This document shows, one piece after another, positions 27,001 through 34,818 of a DNA stretch of 64,000 nucleotides. Each line of letters begins with the position of its first letter. The first letter of the stretch is position 1. A program made the position numbers and the translations under genes. This DNA is from Spirochaetales bacterium (GTDB taxonomy: Bacteria > Spirochaetota > Spirochaetia > SZUA-6 > RPPD01). The stretch spans positions 96,300 to 160,299 of the forward strand of contig JAFGJO010000042.1 in assembly GCA_016929065.1 (NCBI GenBank), read 5' to 3'. The notes beneath the pieces are model-generated. The model made no database searches. It was not told the origin of the DNA and saw only the letters and a list, made by a program, of their open reading frames with translations.

Positions 27001-29678
27001 GGGCCTGTACCGCGGGTAAAGTATACTTCTATTTTGTCTATTCCGCTTACCACGCCGGTATCCCAGGCCATGCCCTGCAGCCGGGAATTGGTATCGCTGC
27101 CGAAAATGTCATTGTACCCTGTGCCGGTATATGCGGCAGTCGGAAACTGATTGTCGACATTCAGGGTCAAATAACTGATCGTCTGATAATAGGCATTGTC
27201 AATCACCTTCAGCCGCAATTGAAACAACCCGCTCACGGGAATATACACTGTGCTGTCTATCGAAATATCCAGAGTGTAATGGTCAACATCAACATAGGTC
27301 ACCTTGGAAGCATCTCCGGTTATATCAATATAATCCACTCCGCCATTGTAGCTTATCCATATACTGTCCACTTCTTCATCATCATACACATCGCCGGTAA
27401 AACTGAATGTCCCGCTGACATAATCATATGCCTGAATTGGTACGCCAACAACTGCCGGCGGCACTGGTTCATGCAGTAAATTTTCGATACGGGGGATGGT
27501 GTCATCGCAGTGGAAGGTAATCTGCTGATAGTTGCCGGTCACCGGTATTGCATTTATATCAACTGCTCTTACCCGGATCGTTATATTCCCGTTCAACGCA
27601 GGGATAGTATCGGCGCGTGCGTAGAGTTCGCCGTAACTGTTGATCATCTCTGTCCAGACGGTTGTTCCGGTGAGTGTATACCATTGCGTCTCGTCCTCGA
27701 ACCGGTCGCTTGTGTCTGTATCAAGTGTTTTTGATACGCCATCACCGATATCGATCTGGTCTGAAAAATCTCCATCGCCGTTGATATCGATTTGAATTTC
27801 CACATGATCCACCGCATCATCATCAAAAGCGGTTCCGGAGATGAGCACCGGGCCGCCGATGTTCTGCCCGTTGGACGGGGCAATAATGGTCACCTGGGGT
27901 TTGTCCAGATCATTGTCAATATAGACATAGTAGGTAGTAAGGGTTGTTACATTGTTTGCCACATCGGTTGCGCGTGCCTGGACAGTGAGTTTCCAGACAT
28001 CACTGGCCGGGGGCGTCTCTACCGCGTGGGTTGCATTCGCATAGCTTGTACTGTCAACCGTATATTCCCAGTTGTACGTTCCTGAAAGCGGAATAAACGG
28101 GTCATTGGCTCCGATTTTAAGTTCAACCAGCGTAATTTGTGTATTGTCGGAAGAGGTTCCCTTGAAAATCACCTGGCCGTTTACCGTTGTCGACTGCGCC
28201 GGGTTGACGAATGATATCGACGGATTCGTTCGGTCGATAATTACCTGAAGGTTATATGTCGTCTGTTTGGTACCGCCGCCTCCTTCTGTGGCGCGGACCT
28301 TGATCAGCATTGATCCGTCCGGTGGTGAGATGACATCATAGCTCCAGGAGGTTGTCCCGGTAGCAGGATAGTAATCCACCCCGTTATTCGTGCTCACTTC
28401 AACAAGGGAAATGCCCTGTGCGTCGCTTGCTGTGCCGGATACAGTGAAATTCCCGTTTAAATACTGGCCCTGCGTGGGGGTGTTTACTACAAGAGTAGGT
28501 ACACCGGAGTCAACAGTAAATGCATACGGCGCGGTCGTCCGCTGATTGGCGCCGATATCAGAAGCCCGTACCTCAATGAGGTATTCGCCGTCGGCCATGT
28601 GCCCGGTGGGCGGCTGCCCGTCCATGATATATGACCAGCTGACAGATGGCCCTGCCGGGTTATTGGTGGAAGTCCAGGGAATGACCTCGACGGGCGTTGC
28701 CTCGTTTGTAGTGATGCGAATTTCTACAGAATTCGCAGCAACACCATCCGAGTCAATCGCTTTTCCGGAAAGCCGGCTGGTCGCAGTAAAAATATTGTTT
28801 GCCGCGCCGGTTCCATCCGGGTTATACACTTCGATAGTCGGTTTATTCTGGTCCTGGTCAAAATACAGGCCGATCATGGCAGTTCCGTCATTGGCGGCAA
28901 GATATGTTTCAACTTCAGCATCAGCAAGGTCACCATTTAAAACGCGGTAGATATCATCGATAACAATATTTTCATATCCATTTGCCACAAGAATATTGTA
29001 ATAATGATAAAAACGTGTGCTGACATTGCCCGCCTTGTCAGTTGCAGTGATCCGAAATTTAAGGGTGCCGGTTGTTGCAACAAGCGCGGCACTGTCAAAA
29101 ACACATGACCAGGTTGATGCACCGCTAACAGACGGTGTTGCAAGCAGTACAGTCTCGGCATCATTATAGATTTCAACAACGACACTGTTTACACCAAAGA
29201 GGTCAGCTGCTTCACCTCGAAGAACAAATGCACTGCCGTAATAGGTAGCGCCGGGAATTGAAGGAGTAGATAACAATACCAGCGGCCCGGTATTGTCAAC
29301 GTACACAAGAAGATTTCTATTGGTCATTTTGCCGGATGAGTCGGTAATTAAAAAAATAAGATTGTATTCGCCGTCAGGTATACTGGTGGTGTCCCAGTCA
29401 TAGCTCCATGTTTCTGCATCCTGATCAATGGTTGCATCGACATAGGTCGCTCCGGCGTCAAATGAAACCTGTATCCTGGCAGCCTGCATATCCTCTTCGA
29501 AATTCCCTGAAAGGACAACGAGGCCGTGAGTATAGGCGCCATTCGGGTGGCTTGAGACAAAAACAAGAGGTGCATCAATATCCACCTTGTTTCCCAATCC
29601 GGGACTCAAAAGATCACATGAAATAACAGAAAAAAACAGCAGAGTAACTGCTGCTGCAGACAAGATAACTCTCTTCAT
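24015..29678 (-). CDS. Giant surface lipoprotein 2 (about 1890 aa). Lipoprotein signal, tandem Ig-like modules, acidic linker, and a C-terminal Tyr/Thr-rich beta-propeller-like region
   Basis: Lipobox 'LLFFSVISC'. Modules 'LSGNFEEDMQAARIQVSFDAGATY', 'LRGEAADLFGVNSVVVEI', 'LSGKAIDSDGVAANSVEIRI', 'VSGTASDAQGISLVEVSTNNGVDY', 'ISGTAFDDDAVDHVEIQIDINGDG'. The C-terminal 700 aa are rich in YY, WxY and TxT blade-like repeats. The ORF extends to 29708. Confidence 0.6.
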   Translation of the reverse strand: MKRVILSAAAVTLLFFSVISCDLLSPGLGNKVDIDAPLVFVSSHPNGAYTHGLVVLSGNFEEDMQAARIQVSFDAGATYVDATIDQDAETWSYDWDTTSIPDGEYNLIFLITDSSGKMTNRNLLVYVDNTGPLVLLSTPSIPGATYYGSAFVLRGEAADLFGVNSVVVEIYNDAETVLLATPSVSGASTWSCVFDSAALVATTGTLKFRITATDKAGNVSTRFYHYYNILVANGYENIVIDDIYRVLNGDLADAEVETYLAANDGTAMIGLYFDQDQNKPTIEVYNPDGTGAANNIFTATSRLSGKAIDSDGVAANSVEIRITTNEATPVEVIPWTSTNNPAGPSVSWSYIMDGQPPTGHMADGEYLIEVRASDIGANQRTTAPYAFTVDSGVPTLVVNTPTQGQYLNGNFTVSGTASDAQGISLVEVSTNNGVDYYPATGTTSWSYDVISPPDGSMLIKVRATEGGGGTKQTTYNLQVIIDRTNPSISFVNPAQSTTVNGQVIFKGTSSDNTQITLVELKIGANDPFIPLSGTYNWEYTVDSTSYANATHAVETPPASDVWKLTVQARATDVANNVTTLTTYYVYIDNDLDKPQVTIIAPSNGQNIGGPVLISGTAFDDDAVDHVEIQIDINGDGDFSDQIDIGDGVSKTLDTDTSDRFEDETQWYTLTGTTVWTEMINSYGELYARADTIPALNGNITIRVRAVDINAIPVTGNYQQITFHCDDTIPRIENLLHEPVPPAVVGVPIQAYDYVSGTFSFTGDVYDDEEVDSIWISYNGGVDYIDITGDASKVTYVDVDHYTLDISIDSTVYIPVSGLFQLRLKVIDNAYYQTISYLTLNVDNQFPTAAYTGTGYNDIFGSDTNSRLQGMAWDTGVVSGIDKIEVYFTRGTGPYTLYSPNGAGTTTATLNDFDDGNGDVPYMDPGEKTDYVITIDKTTELGNDGSGNGDGDGYDESLTLSGSDYNWWAQFDSSNIPDGPLTIHYVTFDKGGNGRHNEQTGFIKNNKPQITGLTVGTDLDFDDSTDDANERFVYDDAYGITGRNLLYISVTATDNDTLSDYRVYHPDAAGALVLSAAAGDIDISGYSEGPTTFLIRVTDADGIYVDETIDVVIDNDDGDAPEVTLDDLSQSDRTSDPVTGGHIEHDGDSLYDGTDPDVSGTITLKGHMHDNQRIRYFNMAIDNFDLGSGDGTEVALATWPQTYTGGTFGNLTISNVTLTESGGHDFDWTYVWNTANVTNRTGDNITVLVRAIDFTPNNSFESRDHDVVPYISGILRSLGAEATTRSKYGKYSVQTGETGLAINGYNLAKTGTYGTNSWVRVWDREIGDGATGTLEYDQIANADVTANGTFTQLTLTNLNAVTHSGWLRVMVNNIEAVNTVNSDLLVYNKEDDGSGIDETLWNDDRYLSVWRTGLSFDSSTNAQYPAMSIASDGTLYGSWTDYTTAASVFYGTTASATPIFQMYDPAEYSDIHLDSSDNISVVYLGNYYGGSGWSPDIDSAGAVSVYNTSAPQQVQRGGAYPWNYFYRFEMLYHDTMLLQFQRPKVVRTGNNIHIAYYDLNTNAVKYGYALNGSTSTGEMNWINIDGGSDGDDVIHLTGVGTRANTRVTDTALIGNTMIAAGQTIQLHNNLGNYGTALITAFTSGTGRVDFDTTIDTTYTSYTIITATSNLVSQGATRSTSAGSYVTIDVDEQGYPVIAYYDIAAQTIKLARATSTAPASPSDWYRQTVFVGTSDPNRFYIGQHVTIDFDTTGRLYLACYRISTGDLVYITAPDIDPSGPDFSNDNYVFAASTVIDSEGAVGAWADITLNGTTPYISYLNSSMIGTFNGLKVAYWDTTRSSWEYINAPLSTPISENRTSIEYAKGSVDWTVSVGYKGDAFDIVQLKPEE

Positions 29679-29796
29679 CGAGGGCCCCCTCAAAAGATCA
29701 AATTTCACCTATTTTATTATCGTCGGTTTTTTCCGCGACGATACAAATTTCCTTCCGTGATAGACATTTTATTATTATTTGACTTTTTAGAGTTCC

Positions 29797-29825
29797 CCTC
29801 AATAATAATATAGCACCTTTGCGCG
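29797..29825 (-). promoter_or_regulatory. Candidate sigma70 promoter for giant protein 2 (TTGAAA, 17 bp spacer, TATATT)
   Basis: On the minus strand: TTGAAAtacccgcgcaaaggtgcTATATT. The -10 maps to 29797-29802 and the -35 to 29820-29825. Confidence 0.4.
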
Positions 29826-29951
29826 GGTATTTCAATAGATTTTCGCTGTTATTTTTTTGTATAAAAAGTTCTCCCAAAGACCGTGGAGGAAAAAAAGAGC
29901 ACTTTTCGCTTCCAGACAGTTGAGGATGAAACAAGTGTTCTATAGATTATG

Positions 29952-29978
29952 AACGTACTTACTAAAAGAAGGGGAAGC
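29952..29978 (-). terminator. Second intrinsic terminator or attenuator, about 200 nt downstream of the livK terminator
   Basis: Minus-strand RNA GGGGAAG-gug-CUUCCCC followed by UUCUUUU. An alternative 12 bp stem uses AGGTGCTTCCCC at 29991-30002. Confidence 0.6.
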
Positions 29979-30176
29979 ACCTTCCCCCTTTAAAAAAATC
30001 AGGTGCTTCCCCATAAAAAAACAAGTTATTATTTATCCGGCAGGCTGAACCTGCCTTCCTGTACAGTAAACAACTCAAAGACGTTTATGTCAAGCCCGTT
30101 TTGATTTTGTGTCAAAAATGACAAACGGTCAGAAAGGATAGGACCAGAACAATTGTCACATCGTAATCATTACCTC

Positions 30177-30214
30177 AAAAAAAAATGGAGTATCGGTGTA
30201 CCCCGTACTCCATA
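30177..30214 (-). terminator. Intrinsic terminator immediately after livK
   Basis: Minus-strand RNA AUGGAGUA-13 nt loop-UACUCCAU followed by nine U. It starts 18 nt after the stop at 30232. Confidence 0.75.
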
Positions 30215-30231
30215 CAATATGCTTTTATAAT

Positions 30232-31398
30232 CTATTTTTTATACAGATCAAATTTTCCATCTTTAACTACATACATTTCAAATGCGTCTTTATCAAGTCC
30301 ATTATGATCAGTCGCGGAAAAATTGAACACTCCGCCGGTACCGGGAAAATTGCTGACCTTTTCAATGGCACTGCGGACCGCTTCGGTCTCAGTACTGCCC
30401 GCAATTTCGATGGCTTTTTTCAGGATCATCAGCGCATCATAGGCATGTCCACCGAATGTACTGACATCTTCCTTGTACAAACCCTGATACTGTGTGATGT
30501 AATCAGAAATTACCTTTTTCTGCGGATTGGAATCGGGAAGAACTCCCACTGCAAGCATACGGCCGGCCGGGAATATAACACCCTCGGCTGCGGCGCCTGC
30601 TGTTTCCACATATTTGATGTTTCCAAAACCATGACTCTGGTATAACGGCTGTTTCATACCAAGCTGGCGTATATTGGTAATGACGATTGACTGTGCCGGT
30701 TCAATAGACCAGTTCACCACCGCATCCACATTCGCACCCTTGACCTTTGTCATGACATCGGTAAGATCTGTTGCCTTGGCGTCATACACTTCTGCGATGA
30801 CAATTTCAAGGCCGTATTCACCGGCGTATTTTTCCAGCTGGGCTTTTCCGCCTTGTCCAAAACCGGAGTTCGATACCACCACGCCGATCCGCTTCAAACC
30901 ACGCGCTTTGATGTCTTCAAATATTTTCATTGCTGCAAAGCTGTCCTTCTGCGGGGTCTTGAATACATACGGGGTAACAGGGACGACGATGTCTTCCGCT
31001 GCAGCACAGGAGATCAGAATTGTCTTGTTTTCATTACAGACATCCTTTACCTGCAGGCTCTCCCCGCTGGTGGTCGGTCCAATAATTGCCAGAACCTTGT
31101 CTTCCTCGATCAGCTGCCTGGCAAATGAAACGGCATTCTCGGCTTTCCCCTGTGTGTCTTTCACAACAAGTTCAACCTGATGTCCGTTGATTCCGCCGTT
31201 TTTGTTGATTTCCTCAACAAGCATTTCCAGTGTTTTGTTCTCCGGGTCACCCAAAAAACTCGCCGGACCGGTAACCGCCAGCAGCGCACCGATTTTAATC
31301 GTCCCGCCGTCGGCACTGCCGCCGCACGATACCATTGCAAAAAGACCTCCCGCTATTGCGAGCAGGGCAAGAATAAAAATAGCTCCTTTATTCCGCAT
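30232..31398 (-). CDS. livK: Branched-chain amino acid ABC transporter substrate-binding lipoprotein
   Basis: Lipobox 'LFAMVSCGG'. 'IKIGALLAVTGPASFLGDPENKTLEMLVEEINKNGGINGHQVELVVKDTQGK' is a Leu/Ile/Val-binding-protein family motif. RBS AAGGAGGG. Confidence 0.9.
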   Translation of the reverse strand: MRNKGAIFILALLAIAGGLFAMVSCGGSADGGTIKIGALLAVTGPASFLGDPENKTLEMLVEEINKNGGINGHQVELVVKDTQGKAENAVSFARQLIEEDKVLAIIGPTTSGESLQVKDVCNENKTILISCAAAEDIVVPVTPYVFKTPQKDSFAAMKIFEDIKARGLKRIGVVVSNSGFGQGGKAQLEKYAGEYGLEIVIAEVYDAKATDLTDVMTKVKGANVDAVVNWSIEPAQSIVITNIRQLGMKQPLYQSHGFGNIKYVETAGAAAEGVIFPAGRMLAVGVLPDSNPQKKVISDYITQYQGLYKEDVSTFGGHAYDALMILKKAIEIAGSTETEAVRSAIEKVSNFPGTGGVFNFSATDHNGLDKDAFEMYVVKDGKFDLYKK

Positions 31399-31418
31399 AC
31401 CTTTTCCCTCCTTTTGAT

Positions 31419-31428
31419 TTTGCCGTTA
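31419..31428 (-). promoter_or_regulatory. Copy of the ATAACGGCAA motif directly upstream of the livK Shine-Dalgarno
   Basis: Minus-strand sequence guATAACGGCAAAAucaAAAGGAGGGaaaaggu-AUG. Confidence 0.35.
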
Positions 31429-31440
31429 TACAATTATTTT

Positions 31441-31461
31441 AAAACAGTCATTGACTGTTTT
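31441..31461. promoter_or_regulatory. Perfect 10 bp inverted repeat AAAACAGTCA-t-TGACTGTTTT between the ACT gene and livK (hairpin terminator or operator)
   Basis: AAAACAGTCAtTGACTGTTTT flanked by A and T runs. Confidence 0.4.
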
Positions 31462-31497
31462 AAATGATTGCCGAATAAAATATATCATTTCCGGTAT

Positions 31498-31929
31498 TTA
31501 CAGATTTTTAAGAACATCATTTGAAACAATGCCGATTTTGTGTTTTCCCAGAACATCAATCATTTTCTGATGTTCATCAGTTCTGAAAATAACAATTGCA
31601 TTGTCCACATGTTTTTCCACGAACGCATACATATATTCAATATTGATATTCTCTTTTTCAAACACATCCAGTATTTTTGACAGGCCGCCGGGCTTGTCCT
31701 CTATTTCCACAGCAATCACCTCGTTAACCTGTGCGACAAACTCTTTTATCTTGAGCGCAGCCAAAGCCTTCTCTGTATCATTGACGATGAGCCGAAGGAT
31801 GCCGAAATCAGCGGTATCAGCGAGCGACAATGCCCGGATATTGACCCCGGCTTCTGAAAGCACGCGGGTAACCTCGGCTAGCCGGCCTTTTTTGTTTTCA
31901 AGAAACACTGCTATCTGTTTAATCTTCAT
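31498..31929 (-). CDS. ACT-domain (amino-acid-binding) regulatory protein of the kind that commonly accompanies paaK and ior
   Basis: 143 aa. Two beta-alpha-beta-beta-alpha-beta half-domains: '[29 protein letters not shown]' and '[29 protein letters not shown]'. The start overlaps the paaK stop. Confidence 0.75.
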   Translation of the reverse strand: MKIKQIAVFLENKKGRLAEVTRVLSEAGVNIRALSLADTADFGILRLIVNDTEKALAALKIKEFVAQVNEVIAVEIEDKPGGLSKILDVFEKENINIEYMYAFVEKHVDNAIVIFRTDEHQKMIDVLGKHKIGIVSNDVLKNL

Positions 31930-33236
31930 GACCTGCCTCCCTGTATATTCCGTTTGTCGATAACCCGTTTTGCCTTTCCCTCACTGCGGGGAATGCTCTT
32001 TGGTTCGACAAGCTTTACTTTCGAATGCACGTTCAACGTCGAGTATATTTCTGCCTCGATGTTTTTCTCTGTGCTGCTTAAATCTTTTATTTCATCGGAG
32101 AACAGTTTTTCGGTCATTTCAACCTGCACCTCGATACTGTCGAGCTGGCCGTGGCGCTGGACCACAATCTGGTAATGCGGTTCGGTGCCCTCAATTTTCA
32201 TCAGCACTTCCTCGATCTGCGACGGAAAAACATTTACACCCCGTATAATGAGCATGTCGTCGGTACGGCCCAAAAGCCGGTGCATTCTAATGATTGTTCT
32301 TCCACAGGCGCATTGTTCAGGCATGAGATAGGTAATATCGCGTGTGCGGTAGCGCAGCACCGGAGTCCCTTCGCGGGTGAGCGTGGTGATCACCAGTTCG
32401 CCCTTTTCGCCGTGCGGCAGTACCTCGCCGGTCTCAGGATCAATGATCTCGGGATAGAACACATCTTCAAAAATATGCAGCCCGTTCTGCTGCATGCATT
32501 CTGATGCCACTCCCGGGCCAATGATCTCTGTAAGCCCGTAAATATCCAGCGCCTTGAGCTTTAATTTGTCTTCAATTTCCCTGCGCATGCCCTCACCCCA
32601 CGGTTCGGCACCAAACAGCCCCACACGCAGGGACAGTTTGTCAAAATCAATCCCTTCCTCTTTTGCCACTTCTGCCATCAACAGCGAATATGACGGTGTA
32701 CAGGTGAGTACGGTCGATTTGAAATCCTGCATGACCATAAGCTGGCGCTTTGTATTGCCCCCGGATATCGGGATGAGATTCGCACCGATTTTCCGCGCCC
32801 CGTAATGAACACCCAGACCGCCGGTGAACAGGCCGTACCCGTACCCGTTATGAACCGTGTCTTCTTTTGTGGTTTCACCCATCGCAAGTGTCCGTGCCAT
32901 GACCTCGGACCACAGTTCAATGTCATTGCGGGTGTAGGCTCCGACAACCGGTTTTCCGGTCGTTCCCGAGGAAGTATGGATTTCTACAATTTCGTTGATA
33001 TCGGTTGCCAATAGTCCATAGGGATAGACTTCGCGCATATCCTGCTTGGTGGTAAAGGGGAGTTTTGCAATATCGGTGATTGTCTTTATGTCTTTGGGAG
33101 TAACTCCCTTTTCATCCATCCTTTTTTTATAAAAGGGAACCCTGGAATAGAGCTTTTCCACAAGGGCAATCAGACGTTCCTGCTGCAGGTGGGTAAGCTC
33201 TTCCCGTCCCATGGATTCATGCTTGCTGTTCCACAT
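31926..33236 (-). CDS. paaK: Phenylacetate-CoA ligase family, copy 2
   Basis: 436 aa. '[35 protein letters not shown]', '[20 protein letters not shown]', '[14 protein letters not shown]'. Paralog of the 13200-14504 gene. Confidence 0.85.
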   Translation of the reverse strand: MWNSKHESMGREELTHLQQERLIALVEKLYSRVPFYKKRMDEKGVTPKDIKTITDIAKLPFTTKQDMREVYPYGLLATDINEIVEIHTSSGTTGKPVVGAYTRNDIELWSEVMARTLAMGETTKEDTVHNGYGYGLFTGGLGVHYGARKIGANLIPISGGNTKRQLMVMQDFKSTVLTCTPSYSLLMAEVAKEEGIDFDKLSLRVGLFGAEPWGEGMRREIEDKLKLKALDIYGLTEIIGPGVASECMQQNGLHIFEDVFYPEIIDPETGEVLPHGEKGELVITTLTREGTPVLRYRTRDITYLMPEQCACGRTIIRMHRLLGRTDDMLIIRGVNVFPSQIEEVLMKIEGTEPHYQIVVQRHGQLDSIEVQVEMTEKLFSDEIKDLSSTEKNIEAEIYSTLNVHSKVKLVEPKSIPRSEGKAKRVIDKRNIQGGRS

Positions 33237-33418
33237 CGCCGCTGCTCCTTGTCATTATGTATTTGCAAAAAGTGTAGCCGGAAAGTTATCGAGTGTAAAG
33301 AAGTTTTTTTTGGCTCATGGCCAATATGCGGGAATGTTCTGTTCACCCGCGCCGGAAACACTTGTCCCATGATTTTTATACTGGTATTATCATTACAGGG
33401 TCAAAAAAGGAGATGCAG

Positions 33419-34102
33419 ATGCCGGAGCTGTCAGACAACAAGCCCAGAATTGTCATTGTAAAAAACGGATGCTATCGTGTATATGGCAACATCCCGCTCA
33501 GGGAAGAAATTATTATCTCAAGTGAACTGGGAATCGCACAGAGTTGGAAACAGGGCAAAGAATACCAGCTTGAACCCGGAAGATACTCCCTGTGCAGATG
33601 CGGAAAATCAAAAAATCCGCCATTCTGCGACGGGACGCACAAGCAAATTGATTTCGACGGGACCGAGACAGCATCAAAGGAAAACCCGTTTAAAGAGACG
33701 AATACGATAACCGGTCCCGACTTGCTTCTGGATGATGAAAAACATCTCTGCGCCGCAGCCCGGTTCTGCATGAAAGCGGGCGGCATTTGGGATCTTGTCG
33801 AGAATTCTAATAATCCGGAGAAAAAAGCGCTTGCCATTCAGGAAGCACACGAATGCCCGGCAGGAAGACTCGTGGTAAAACAAAAAGAGACTGGCAAGCC
33901 GATTGAGCCGGAACTGGAGCCATCGATCAGTATCGTGGAAGACGAATTTCACAACCGACCCGGTCCAATCTGGGTAAAAGGCGGGGTGGCAATTGTATCT
34001 GCAGACGGGACAATCTACGCAAAACGAAACAGAGTCACTCTCTGCCGGTGCGGAAAATCACAAAACAAACCATTTTGCGACGGAAGTCATATCCAATCTT
34101 AA
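33419..34102 (+). CDS. CDGSH-type iron-sulfur domain protein (two CDGSH zinc-finger/2Fe-2S motifs)
   Basis: 'CRCGKSKNPPFCDGTH' and 'CRCGKSQNKPFCDGSH' match the consensus C-x-C-x2-(S/T)-x3-P-x-C-D-G-(S/T)-H. AAAGGAG RBS before MPELSD. The longer ORF from 33317 is rejected. Confidence 0.8.
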   Translation: MPELSDNKPRIVIVKNGCYRVYGNIPLREEIIISSELGIAQSWKQGKEYQLEPGRYSLCRCGKSKNPPFCDGTHKQIDFDGTETASKENPFKETNTITGPDLLLDDEKHLCAAARFCMKAGGIWDLVENSNNPEKKALAIQEAHECPAGRLVVKQKETGKPIEPELEPSISIVEDEFHNRPGPIWVKGGVAIVSADGTIYAKRNRVTLCRCGKSQNKPFCDGSHIQS

Positions 34103-34671
34103 TCTGTTTTCCCGATCCCGAATGCCGTCCAGTTTGCCTCGAAGGTCCCCCGGGGAACATGCTCTTCAATTGACTGTTTCCAGGATGCCTCGGGAAGATC
34201 AATATATTTTGCAAGCATGCCGCAAAACGCGACATTAATATATTTTTTGTCGCCGATTTTTTTAATCAGTTCTTTGGGATCAACAAATACAGTTTTTTGG
34301 GAAAGTTTTTTTATCTCGTCTTCAAGTCCAGTCGGGTATTCCTCTACCATTGCCGGCAGTATCATTTCCTGTGACACAATGCATTGGGTATCGGGCCCGG
34401 CATACTGCACCCACCGCAGGGTTTCCATCAGTTCCAAAGACAACAGGATATCAGCCTGATGATTGGGGATCACCGGCGAGTAAATATGTTTTCCAAAGCG
34501 GATATGGGAAAACACCGATCCGCCCCGCTGGCTCATGCCGTGAATCTCGCTTTTTTTGGCGTCAAACCCCGCATGAAGTGCCGCGGCACTGACAATATCG
34601 CTTGCCAGAATGATCCCCTGCCCGCCGACCCCGACCATAAGTATGTTTGTTGTTTTGTTTTTATCTGTCAT
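34099..34671 (-). CDS. iorB: Indolepyruvate ferredoxin oxidoreductase beta subunit
   Basis: 'ILMVGVGGQGIILASDIVSAAALHAGFDAKKSEIHGMSQRGGSV'. Start MTDKNK at 34671 with an AGAGGT RBS; the 23 aa upstream extension is rejected. Confidence 0.85.
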   Translation of the reverse strand: MTDKNKTTNILMVGVGGQGIILASDIVSAAALHAGFDAKKSEIHGMSQRGGSVFSHIRFGKHIYSPVIPNHQADILLSLELMETLRWVQYAGPDTQCIVSQEMILPAMVEEYPTGLEDEIKKLSQKTVFVDPKELIKKIGDKKYINVAFCGMLAKYIDLPEASWKQSIEEHVPRGTFEANWTAFGIGKTD

Positions 34672-34818
34672 AACATTACCTCTTGTAAAAATAGAAACCA
34701 CAGATTCAGGTTGTCCCATAACTCCTGACATCACCGTCAATCAAGAAAAGATAGTAAACTTTCATTCACACTCTTCTTTTCCTCTGTGAACTTTATGTTC
34801 TTTGTGTGAAATTCTTTT

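Noticed and set aside
18870-29185. Dozens of ORFs, up to 329 aa at 18907-19896 (+), on the opposite strand of the two giant surface-protein genes.
   Set aside because: They are antisense to long ORFs that are internally repetitive and carry a signal peptide. The antisense frames are low-complexity and motif-free. They are treated as spurious.
29698-29934. 78-aa minus-strand ORF that overlaps the promoter region and N-terminus of giant protein 2.
   Set aside because: It runs through the predicted -10 and -35 elements and the leader hairpin and has no supporting signals. The lipoprotein start MKRVILS is the real coding start here.
33317-33418. 34-codon N-terminal extension of the CDGSH protein ORF (MANMRECSVHPRR...).
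   Set aside because: A strong AAAGGAG RBS precedes the internal ATG at 33419 (MPELSD). The extension would overlap the divergent paaK promoter.
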